From the NCBI GenBank assembly GCA_023415655.1, contig JAEZKD010000195.1, positions 892 to 64,891 on the forward strand: DNA of 64,000 nucleotides. Reading direction: 5' to 3'. Below are positions 43,731-53,136 of this stretch, piece by piece. Positions within the stretch are counted from its first letter, which is position 1. Every line of letters begins with the position of its first letter. A program made the position numbers and the translations under genes. The notes under the pieces are model-generated. The model did not search any database. It worked only from the letters and a program-made list of their open reading frames with translations, and was not told the DNA's origin. Origin of the DNA: Bacillota bacterium. Lineage in GTDB: Bacteria; Bacillota; Clostridia; Lachnospirales; Lachnospiraceae.

Positions 43731-44891
43731 TTATTTATTTAGTTTTTTTCCTTCATACAACTCTGAAAAATCCTTAAAATACGGGTTTTCCCATGTTTCA
43801 CCCTCAAAGGTTTCATAGGATACTACAATCGCCTTGACAGTAGCTACTCCATTGCCTTCACTAATCTCAAAGCCCGACGAATCGCCAAAAGTCGCATCAG
43901 GTATAAGATTAATATCACTATAGTTTACCTTTTTTATGTAAGTACCCTCGGTAAAATCAATACTTCCTTTGATTTTAACTGGTAGATTGTTATTATCCCA
44001 TGCCACAAATGCTACAACGGCATTTTTAATATCCTTATCCGTATTATTTTTTATTATTGCTTGTAATAAATCAGGGTAAAGTGATTTATATTTCTCATCT
44101 TGAATTACATACTCAGTTTTTGTTATAGCTAACTCTTGTTTTTGAATGATTTCAGCTAATTCTGATTCAGTAATTGATGCATTTGATTGTGCTGGTTCAG
44201 AATTCCCCTCTTCTATTACTATGTCTTCCAATGTTACATCAACTTCCAATGTATCTGCCAGTTTTTTATCCTCATATAAGGAGATAAACTCATCAAAATA
44301 AGGGTTCTCCCATGTTACCCCATCAAAGGTTTCATAGGATACTACTACAGCTTTAAAAGATGCTATTCCACTTGCTTCATCAATTGAATAGCCCGATGAA
44401 TCTCCATAGGTACCTCCGGGTACCAAATTGATATCCGCAAAATTCACTTTTTTCACATAACTACCACCGACAAAATCCATGTCGCCAGTAATTTTTACAG
44501 GTAGGTTATTCTTATCCCATGCAACATATCCTACTACTGCATTTTTAATATCAGAATTAGTATTATTTTTTAATATTGCTTGTAGCATATCCGGATAAAG
44601 TGATTTATATTTATCATCTTGAACTACATATTTTGTATCAATCACCGAAACTGGTAAGTCAAGTAGTAAAGAATCAAATTCAGACATAGTCATCGTTTTG
44701 ATCTCATCAACTACTTCTGTCGGTGCAGCTATTGTTGGAGCTTTCTCTCCAGATTCCTTTTGTGTATCTGTCGAAGCTTCATTTTTAGACACCGCATCAG
44801 AATCTTTAACCGAATTGGCTTTCTCATTCGAACAAGCTGTCAAACTAAAACACATTACTAAAATAATTAGAGTACTTACGATTTTTTTCAC
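43731..44891 (-). CDS. Lipoprotein with two tandem DUF5780-like domains
   Basis: Lipobox LTAC; duplicated YKSLYPD.LQAI.KNNT...DIKNAVV..VAWD.NNLPVKI...WENPYF. Confidence 0.82.
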   Translation of the reverse strand: MKKIVSTLIILVMCFSLTACSNEKANSVKDSDAVSKNEASTDTQKESGEKAPTIAAPTEVVDEIKTMTMSEFDSLLLDLPVSVIDTKYVVQDDKYKSLYPDMLQAILKNNTNSDIKNAVVGYVAWDKNNLPVKITGDMDFVGGSYVKKVNFADINLVPGGTYGDSSGYSIDEASGIASFKAVVVSYETFDGVTWENPYFDEFISLYEDKKLADTLEVDVTLEDIVIEEGNSEPAQSNASITESELAEIIQKQELAITKTEYVIQDEKYKSLYPDLLQAIIKNNTDKDIKNAVVAFVAWDNNNLPVKIKGSIDFTEGTYIKKVNYSDINLIPDATFGDSSGFEISEGNGVATVKAIVVSYETFEGETWENPYFKDFSELYEGKKLNK

Positions 44892-44997
44892 TTAGTATCC
44901 TCCCAGAGATATAAATTTTTCTAAAGTATAGTTATAAAGCGACTACCACAATATACCATACATCCCTTTTATCAGCAAGCTTTATATAAATAATTAT

Positions 44998-45180
44998 AAG
45001 ATACTCTGGTTCTAAAGTAGATACTAAATCAATGTAATTTCTTTACTTCACAGCTCCTGCTTTTGCTCTAAAAGTGTACCAATAACTTGATTGTCAAGAT
45101 TTGAATCCAAATGAACATACTTGAATAAATCTCTCAAATGACATCCACTTGAACTCCCATTCGAACAAGAAGATTGCAAC
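44998..45180 (-). pseudogene. dprA: Old degenerate dprA fragment (scar 3)
   Basis: Translates with indels and stops to CNLLVRMGVQV-CHLRDLFKYVHLDSNLDNQVIGTLLEQKQEL, versus intact CNRLARMGAQVVCHPRDMLEYFHLDTKLENQVVGSLLEQTKEM (about 55688-55875). Confidence 0.85.
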
Positions 45181-45189
45181 GCGTTCCTC

Positions 45190-45414
45190 CTATCGATATT
45201 TCTTTTTTCGAATCCATAATATGATATTTATTATTGTAGCAATTACCATTACTAGAATACCTATCATTAATAACAAAGCATAAAGATAAAAATGCCCCAC
45301 GGACTCAAGAGCAGCTAATCCAACATCGACTGATTTATTCTCTTGATACGCTAATATGAAAAAACAAATAATCCAAAGCATATTTATGAGATAGAACATA
45401 GATCTTTTCTTCAT
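45190..45414 (-). CDS. Small two-TM hypothetical protein
   Basis: 74-aa ORF with AAGGGG RBS. Confidence 0.6.
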   Translation of the reverse strand: MKKRSMFYLINMLWIICFFILAYQENKSVDVGLAALESVGHFYLYALLLMIGILVMVIATIINIILWIRKKKYR

Positions 45415-45511
45415 TGATACCCCTTCTAATTAAATGAATTAGCTTTCTTCTATTCTGTAACTTTTCTTCCTCACATCAAACTCAAACAATCCATTCCCGT
45501 TAAAACTAACC

Positions 45512-47863
45512 CTATCTTTTCTGTAAGACATATTGCTCCCCTGGTTTTCCTTCAAAGCTTATAAGGTTGCTTTTTAAGATTTTCCTGGAAATCTCCTTCT
45601 CCTTACAGGTTATGGTATAATTCGAGATGTCTTTATATGTAATCTTCACCGTTCTCTCTTCCTTTTGGTTCCCAGAACTAGTTTTGTACTCTTTTACGTC
45701 AATAATTGCCCTAGTAAGTGTTTGATCCTTCCACTCCATTGAAACCTCATAATTTCCTCTCGCACATATTCCTCGAATATGCCCATCACCCCAATGCTCT
45801 GGAAGTGCTGGGAGCAGATTTATGACACCTTCATGACTTTGAAGCAGCATTTCCGTAATTCCTGCCGTAGCTCCCAAATTACCATCAATCTGAAATGGTG
45901 GATGTGCATCAAACAGATTCGGATAAGTTGACTTAGAAAGGATGTTTTGTACATATTGGCTAGCATTCTCAGCATCCTGAAGGCGAGCCCACATATTAAT
46001 GATCCACGCACAGCTCCATCCAGTATGACCACCGCCGTTGGTCAGTCTTCGCTCCAACGTCTTTCTTGCTGCAACAGCTAGTTCAGGAGTACTATCAATG
46101 GATATTTCTCCAGCAGGATGTAAGGAAAATAGATGCGAGATATGACGATGCCCAATCTCGATTTCCTCATATTCTTCAGGCCATTCCAAAATCGTACCGT
46201 TACTTCCAATCGAAAGCTTCGGAAGCTGTTGTTGCATTTTCTCAAGCTTTCTAGTGAATTCATCCTCCAAATGAAGGATACGTGCAGCTTTGATCGTAGC
46301 TCCAAAGAGACTTCGCAACATCGAATTATCCATCGTTGGACCCGCACATATCGATGTCTGATATCCTTCTGGGGTTTTATACACATTTTCAGGGGATAAG
46401 CTAGGGCAAGTGACCAATCTTCCTTTGCTATCCTGAATCAGAAAATCTTCAAAGAACTCCGAAGCTTCTTTTAAGGTAGAATAAGCTTTCTGTAAGAACT
46501 CAATATCCTTCGTATACTCATACCGCTCCCATAAATGTAAGCATAGCCAAGCTGCTCCCATCGGCCAGTAGGTTGCAGATGGCCAAAAATCTTGGGGCGA
46601 GGTATCTCCCCAAATATTTGTATTGTGATGAGCCATGAACCCTTTACAGTCATACATCTCCCTTGCCATGATACGACCTTTTTCTTTCATCTTCTCAATC
46701 AAGCGAAAGAGTGGATCATGACACTCTGACAGATTGCATTGCTCAGCAATCCAGTAATTCATCTCGGTATTGATATTAATCGTATAACGACCTCCCCAAG
46801 GAGCAACCATCAAATCATTCCAGATCCCTTGAAGATTGGCTGGAAGTGCACTCTCCTTCCTGCTGCTAGATATGAGAAGATATCTACCATACTGATAATA
46901 CAAAGCGACCAAAGCATTGTCTATCTCTCCTTCCGACACCCTCATCAAGCGTTCGTCGGTTGGAAGATAATCATAAAGTCGGTCCTCTCCAAGAGAAAGA
47001 TCCATTCGTTGAAACAACCTTTGATAATCGCTAATATGATCCTTCTTAATCTCCTCAAACCCTTTACGTTCTGCATTCTTAAGTCGTTCGATACAAGCCT
47101 GTTCTGGATTCTCTGTATTATAGTTCGTTGCTGCCGTAAAGAAGATTTGAAAGCTGGTAGCATGTTCTAAAACAATCCTACCATCCTCACAGGTTGCAAA
47201 TCCTTGCTTTCCCCACCCATTAAAGTTCTGTAGAATCTGCATCATTGCACAATACTGATTCGATGTTTCATCCCCACAGCTCCCCTTCATTACAAGGGAT
47301 AATGGTAGTTTTCCTGTCGTCACTTCAAACTGCTTTGGACGATTTAGTAACGCTTCCAAATGTAAAGTCAATCCAACATTGGCTGTCATCGATAGTGCAT
47401 ATACCTGATCCACCGCACTAACAAAACTCTCAATTCTATAATTTACTCCACCGATTGTATATCTAACTCGAGATATCGCAGTTTCTAAGTCCAATTCTCT
47501 TCGATAGGTATGAAATTGCTCTTCTCCATCTCCATAACGCAAATGTAGCTTCATATTACCCAAGGTCTGATAAGAACCCTGATCATTCCCAACATAAACC
47601 TCTTTTGCTAATATATCAGCTACCTCGTGATTACCCTGAAGAATTGCAGTTTGAATCTCTTTTACTTTTCTATAAAGCTGTGGTTTCACTTTAAAATCAT
47701 CCCCAACACTCCAGACGGTTTCCTCATTCATCTGAATTGTCTCATGAAACGGATCCCCATATACCATGGCACCAAGTGATCCATTACCTAAAGGTAGGGC
47801 TTCCACCCAAGCACGTGCTGGCTCATTGTACCATAACTTTAATTTTCCGTTCGTTTGACTCAT
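45512..47863 (-). CDS. GH95 family alpha-L-fucosidase-like glycoside hydrolase
   Basis: EALPLGNG, YGRYLLISSSR, NLQGIWN, ININTEMNYW, HRHISHL, PFQIDGN. Confidence 0.93.
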   Translation of the reverse strand: MSQTNGKLKLWYNEPARAWVEALPLGNGSLGAMVYGDPFHETIQMNEETVWSVGDDFKVKPQLYRKVKEIQTAILQGNHEVADILAKEVYVGNDQGSYQTLGNMKLHLRYGDGEEQFHTYRRELDLETAISRVRYTIGGVNYRIESFVSAVDQVYALSMTANVGLTLHLEALLNRPKQFEVTTGKLPLSLVMKGSCGDETSNQYCAMMQILQNFNGWGKQGFATCEDGRIVLEHATSFQIFFTAATNYNTENPEQACIERLKNAERKGFEEIKKDHISDYQRLFQRMDLSLGEDRLYDYLPTDERLMRVSEGEIDNALVALYYQYGRYLLISSSRKESALPANLQGIWNDLMVAPWGGRYTININTEMNYWIAEQCNLSECHDPLFRLIEKMKEKGRIMAREMYDCKGFMAHHNTNIWGDTSPQDFWPSATYWPMGAAWLCLHLWERYEYTKDIEFLQKAYSTLKEASEFFEDFLIQDSKGRLVTCPSLSPENVYKTPEGYQTSICAGPTMDNSMLRSLFGATIKAARILHLEDEFTRKLEKMQQQLPKLSIGSNGTILEWPEEYEEIEIGHRHISHLFSLHPAGEISIDSTPELAVAARKTLERRLTNGGGHTGWSCAWIINMWARLQDAENASQYVQNILSKSTYPNLFDAHPPFQIDGNLGATAGITEMLLQSHEGVINLLPALPEHWGDGHIRGICARGNYEVSMEWKDQTLTRAIIDVKEYKTSSGNQKEERTVKITYKDISNYTITCKEKEISRKILKSNLISFEGKPGEQYVLQKR

Positions 47864-48192
47864 GAATTCTCTCCTTTTTCTGTAGGAAAATATGTACTAG
47901 ATTCTATTTTAAGAACACTTACCATCGACCTTGTTCATTACGACTATTATCTCTTAAATGAATTGTATCACAAATTACTCCAGTTGGAAATTAATATAAG
48001 ATTTCTACACTTACTTTAGCAAATCCTATATTCTAAAACTCAATCTATATCTACGTTGCAAGCGTTCCTTGAAAAAATAGAAAAGGGCAAAGAGAAAGGT
48101 ATATTTAGCCTCTCCCTTTACCCACTTATGACGAACTCTTACTTCTTGGTAAGACAACATTTTGCGAATATACCGAGATAATTTTATTTTGT

Positions 48193-48732
48193 CTACTCTG
48201 GAAATTTACCTTCAAGAAGCATATTGGTCAAAGAAAGTATTTGCTTAGTATCTGGTGTTGTATCATATCCCTTCATAAATACGGAGCTAGATGTTTCAGA
48301 TGAATCCATTCGCATACCAATACTAAAACCAGGTTCTAACTTTTGCTTGCTCTAATCAATATATGGGCCTTCAATATCATAGCATGATAGTATTTCTCGA
48401 AAGGAGTATAACGCATCGTTATAACCAATAAGTACAATTGGCATCTCACTTTCTGCCTCTTTTTGAATCCAATCTAAGTCCAACAAATCGATAGTATCCT
48501 TATCAACCCAAATAGCAGTATTCTTAGAAACCAACTTTTTCATTTCTTTCAAGTCTGACACACAAGTTACTTCGGGATATTTACTAAGATCTTCTTTTGT
48601 AAGCTGTCCTCCATCTTTCGGTACTAGATAGATAGCCTTCGCTGTATTTTCTTTGTTTTTTGAACAACCAATTAGGCTTACCATAGTAAGTATTAAGATA
48701 CAAAAAAGATTGAATTTCAGATATTTCTTCAT
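48193..48732 (-). pseudogene. Lipoprotein interrupted by an in-frame TAG
   Basis: Lipobox LIGC; the frame stays open past TAG (48352-48354) as SKQKLEPGFSIG...GKFPE to a stop at 48193. Confidence 0.7.
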
Positions 48733-49034
48733 TAACTCCCCCCAATATCAAAAGATTACATTACCATCTAATAACTGAGACCTTGTAGTCCCTTTTCAGT
48801 ATGTTCATAAACGGCGTCCTACTTCATTCTACCTTTAAGATTGCTTCAACAAGATTAACAATTTAATAGATTCCATGAGCTGCAGATGAAACCTTGAACA
48901 ATTTTATTAAACAATACACCTTTTATACCATTATATACCATATTGATTTACATATCAAAGCTGAAATATAATTACAGAAAAAATACACCCACCTTTTAGA
49001 GAAGATGAGTGTATTAATATGTTTTATTAATCAG

Positions 49035-49433
49035 TCAAAGCAATTTTATCTTTCTTTTACAAAATGGATATAAGAATGCAACTCCATTTGAATTCGGTGT
49101 TAATAAGTCTAGCAAGATATGGCTTAACATACCAATTCCAATACCAATTCCAAGCATGATATGAAACATGGTTCCAACAATGCTAATTAACAATGAAAAT
49201 AATAAACTATGTGTTAATGTTCGGTGACCTACGGTTTCCAAAAGAAAGGTAGAGATTGGCTGTATTGCATATCCTAAAAATGAATTTGGATGATCAATAT
49301 CTGGAATAAGTCCACCGATTGCCGCACCACAAATAATATTGAATGGATTTGTACTTATTCCTATCTGATTGCACAAATAAATAATTCCACATCCTGAGAG
49401 AATAGCTCCAGTCAAATGAGCCCTATATTTCAC
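49035..49433 (-). CDS. YdjM-like membrane metal-dependent hydrolase
   Basis: LIPDIDHP, GHRTLTHS, SHILLDLLT motifs; GGAGG RBS before probable GTG start. Confidence 0.88.
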   Translation of the reverse strand: MKYRAHLTGAILSGCGIIYLCNQIGISTNPFNIICGAAIGGLIPDIDHPNSFLGYAIQPISTFLLETVGHRTLTHSLLFSLLISIVGTMFHIMLGIGIGIGMLSHILLDLLTPNSNGVAFLYPFCKRKIKLL

Positions 49434-49581
49434 CTCAATCACCTCCACATAAATGATATCCTCATTATGTGTTAGATGTGTTTTTCTATTCACCAAATTT
49501 TACCCCATCATTAAATTGATAGACCGGATAAATATAAGAATTAATGGTACCTTTTTCTTCATTTATCCCCCCATCTTACAC

Positions 49582-50349
49582 TTATCCCTCTTTCCTAACA
49601 TAATGAACCACTGAAAATACCATCATTAAAACCATATGAATAATTAAATAAACAATTGCTGTAGTCAATCCAATCTGATCTGCAACTACACCCACGATCT
49701 GAGGGGTGATGATTCCCCCTAATGCGGAAATTGCTAGAAGCATCGCCATTCCCGAAGTAGATCCATTCAAAATTGATCCTGCACTTGAAATACACATTGG
49801 ATAAATCCCCGCGCAGAAAAATCCAAGCCCAACTATAGCTACCGTTATCACAGAAAGCTCCTTAGTTGAGATGTCCAATTAAGACCTAAGTTCATCAAGA
49901 TTGAAGTAAGAAGCGGAGCAACAAAAGTCCCAATCACAAAGACAATGGAAAGTTCAAACACATACCTTGATTTTCCTACGGCCTGATTTTCTGCACTAGA
50001 ATATACATAGATACTTATTGTCCCCCTCGCTATTCCTATCATCATCACAATGACATACAAAAACGTTACAGATTGTAAATAATTAAGTGCCAGAAAACAA
50101 AGCGGAGTTAATCCAGAAAAGATAAGGACAATTTTCTTTGGTCCTAAGATAGGAAATAGCATTGAGTTGATTGGACTTGCAATAAAATTACTGATAGAAA
50201 ATAACGATAGCATCCCCCTGCTAAGGTATAGTTCATATCTAATTGTTGCATCAGATATGGTAAAAGAACTCCGATTTCTAATGCTATCATTCCAATGATA
50301 AAGCTTGCATACAAACAGGGAAAAAATTAAATACTGGTTTCTGTTTCAT
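49582..50349 (-). pseudogene. MFS transporter pseudogene (frameshifts, internal deletion)
   Basis: Fragments in several frames: EIGVLLPYLMQ..., ...GTFVAPLL, ...LGGIITPQIVGVVADQIG; far shorter than a 12-TM MFS. Confidence 0.75.
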
Positions 50350-50500
50350 GTGGTAGTTCCTCCCTTACGCATTAATTAATTACTTTAAGATTGTGCAGAT
50401 TCTTATCATCCAAATTTTCTTATTTGACATTTTAATTTTCAATTGAATATTATTTTCTTTAAATGTTTATTCTCATAATTATATCTATTTATAGAAAAGA

Positions 50501-50767
50501 AGTTACTATAAGCTCCCTACACCCTCAATGCATAATAATTCTTCGCCACCTCCCGAATCACCTTCTTTAACTTTAAGTCAATCAAAAGACGATTCGATAA
50601 TGGCCGCATTTGCAAGGGTTCATTGCAGCAACAAGCATCAGGTTGGCATGGTATTCATAACACCCATTCAACCAATTTATCATAATGCGACGTTCCTCCA
50701 AGGGTTGTCGCAATAATTCTATTGTTCTCATATCAAACTCGGGAAGCTCATCTAAGAATAGCACACC
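50501..50767 (-). pseudogene. Fused comM-internal + dprA-3'-end scar (scar 2)
   Basis: 50501-50588 matches 55552-55639 (84/88); 50586-50767 matches comM 57132-57314 (~88%). Confidence 0.95.
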
Positions 50768-50885
50768 CGTCAGGTTGGGAAGTTCATACAAAATGGCAAA
50801 ACAAAAGAGGATAAAGAGAAAGGTATGAAAAATTTTACCCCCTCTTTACCCCCTTGTGGTTAATCCGGGGTAAATCTATTATATA

Positions 50886-52016
50886 TTAATATATTACTGG
50901 TTTAACAGACTGAGTCGATGAGAATGGACCACTTAGGCCACAGGCTCCACAATTAAGTCTGTTACTACCCAAATAATGGCTTCCTGTTTCATTACTTGAA
51001 CAACCAGCTCTCGTACAATTACGTTTATGATAAGATCCATTAACAGCTGACCATGAACCGTAACTATGGCCTAATGGACTTCCTGTTGTTGCTGAACATA
51101 TGCTACATTTTTTTGCTGTGGTACAAGTCGCTGCTATTGTATAGCTATGTGTCACACTGCGCGAAGCTCCACATACATTACAAGATGCATCGCAAGTATT
51201 TGAATATGTATGTGATGTGCTTCGTGTCGCTCCGCATACATTACAAGATGTATCACATTTATTTGAATATGTATGTGATGTACTTCGTGTCGCTCCACAT
51301 TCATCACAGGAACTATCACAAGCATTTGAGTACGTATGTGATGTACTTCGTGTCGCTCCGCATACATTACAAGATGTATCACATTTATTTGAGTATGTAT
51401 GTGATATACTTCGTGTCGCTCCGCATACATTACAAGATGTATCACAATTATTTAAGTATGTATGTGATGTACTTCGTGTCGCTCCGCATACATTACAAGA
51501 TGTATCACAATTATTTGAATATGTATGTGAGGTACTTCGTGTCGATCCACATTCATTACAAGATGTATCACAATTATTTGAATATGCATGTGAGGTACTT
51601 CGTGTCGCTCCACATTCATTACAAGATGTATCACAATTATTTGAATATGTATGTGAGGTACTTCGTGTCGCTCCACAATTATTATTACAAGAAGTATCGC
51701 AATTATTTGAATATGTATGTCCAATCTTACTTGTATATTCTGTATTACAACGTGTACATATTTTACCATAAGTACATGTAGCTGTTCCTCCGGTATGAGC
51801 ATTTAGAAAGGTATTTTTATAATGCCAACAATCTTGACATATTTGAACCCATGTCCCACCTATACAGTTAGTTCCAGTAGCATCAAATTTACCTGGAAGA
51901 AAATTGTGATAATCTACTTGAGAAAATCCACATTTACAGTATTTATAGTGCTTTATATCATCATCAGACTTTTCTGTCCAGTTGCCCATCTTATGAGATT
52001 CTTCACCTGATTCCAT
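50886..52016 (-). CDS. Cys/His-rich repeat protein, C-terminal part of a split gene
   Basis: Nine 21-aa SHTYSNxCDTSCNxCGATRST repeats; frame open upstream to about 52067; no clear RBS. Confidence 0.75.
   Translation of the reverse strand: MESGEESHKMGNWTEKSDDDIKHYKYCKCGFSQVDYHNFLPGKFDATGTNCIGGTWVQICQDCWHYKNTFLNAHTGGTATCTYGKICTRCNTEYTSKIGHTYSNNCDTSCNNNCGATRSTSHTYSNNCDTSCNECGATRSTSHAYSNNCDTSCNECGSTRSTSHTYSNNCDTSCNVCGATRSTSHTYLNNCDTSCNVCGATRSISHTYSNKCDTSCNVCGATRSTSHTYSNACDSSCDECGATRSTSHTYSNKCDTSCNVCGATRSTSHTYSNTCDASCNVCGASRSVTHSYTIAATCTTAKKCSICSATTGSPLGHSYGSWSAVNGSYHKRNCTRAGCSSNETGSHYLGSNRLNCGACGLSGPFSSTQSVKPVIY
51155..51723 (-). repeat. 63-bp coding tandem repeat, 9 copies
   Basis: GTATGTGATGTACTTCGTGTCGCTCC recurs with period 63 (e.g. 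51271, 51334). Confidence 0.95.
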
Positions 52017-52053
52017 TTTGCAATAGGTACATACTTTCTTATGTTCACTATCA

Positions 52054-53100
52054 TCAAACTGGGTGAGCTACTCCACATATATTACACGACTCGCTACAAG
52101 GATACGTATATTCATGCTGGTTTATATGTACTTGATAATAATAGGTTTCAATAGCCTGCTTAATCATATCAGCATAGCTTCTAGCCGATGTAGCGTCACA
52201 CACTAATTCTGTTGATTCATTACCAAGAGAATCATACAATGTTCTATAACGTACTTCCTTCAATAGAAATTTTTCTGCATATTCATTGTTAACATATACT
52301 ATACCATAATCATAGTATACATCATCATAGCAATATACATACTGATTACATGCAATTATTAACGAAGCCCCATCATACATTAATAACAAACAGCCTAAGA
52401 TAAATTCCAATGAAATAGCTGGTGTACATAAAAATGCTTGTGAAATCCAAAATGCTGCTATATCTATAGACAATCTTTCTGGTACCTCATATTGTTTTCC
52501 AAGTTCTTTTAGACTTACTACATGTTGATTGTACATTGTTCCGGAAAGTTTCGGAGCAGCATTCCAATTACTGGCAGACGTAATATATACATAATCACTT
52601 GGAATTGAGGTTATGTTATTACTATTTTCATTACTTATCATTTTATTATGTTCTTTTTGAGTAATGGAAATCGATTTACTTACAAAATCAATACCCGACA
52701 ATTCTTCGCTTAAGTCTTTACTATTCTGTGATAAAGGTTTCTTAATATAATTTATCGCAAAATCCATGTTGTCATTAGAAATAACCTCACTATTTTGTTC
52801 AGTTAATGAAGGAAACATTGTATCACTTATAATTAAGTTATCATATTCAATGCATGTTATGCCCCCAGTTACCACATCCAATGTAGTCTCACGAGTTAAT
52901 ACTCCATCTACATAAGTTTTTATACATTTAGTATCACTTTGATCTAATATCAGATAATTTATTTCCTTATACTCTTCAATAGTTATTAAATAGTTTTTAC
53001 TTTCATTATTATCAATTGAAACTGCTGAAGCGTTAATTTCGTTTATAGATGAATTCATAAAAACTAATAACACTAAAAATATTGAAACTAATCTTTTGAT
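52054..53100 (-). CDS. Secreted protein, N-terminal part of split Cys-repeat gene
   Basis: Signal peptide (I)KRLVSIFLVLLVFMNSSINEINASA after AGGAGG; ends with one HEYTYPCSESCNICG repeat. Confidence 0.7.
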   Translation of the reverse strand: MKRLVSIFLVLLVFMNSSINEINASAVSIDNNESKNYLITIEEYKEINYLILDQSDTKCIKTYVDGVLTRETTLDVVTGGITCIEYDNLIISDTMFPSLTEQNSEVISNDNMDFAINYIKKPLSQNSKDLSEELSGIDFVSKSISITQKEHNKMISNENSNNITSIPSDYVYITSASNWNAAPKLSGTMYNQHVVSLKELGKQYEVPERLSIDIAAFWISQAFLCTPAISLEFILGCLLLMYDGASLIIACNQYVYCYDDVYYDYGIVYVNNEYAEKFLLKEVRYRTLYDSLGNESTELVCDATSARSYADMIKQAIETYYYQVHINQHEYTYPCSESCNICGVAHPV

Positions 53101-53136
53101 GATCCCCTTACCCTCCTAGATACATATCGATATTCT

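Noticed and set aside
50582..50791. 69-aa ORF as a functional mini-ComM
   Set aside because: It is the comM half of scar 2, with no RBS, a foreign N-terminus and a frameshifted end.
51053..51802. Long overlapping ORFs on the + strand and alternative minus frames across the 63-bp array; possible CRISPR
   Set aside because: These are shadow frames of a stop-poor coding tandem repeat. There are no unique spacers and no cas genes.
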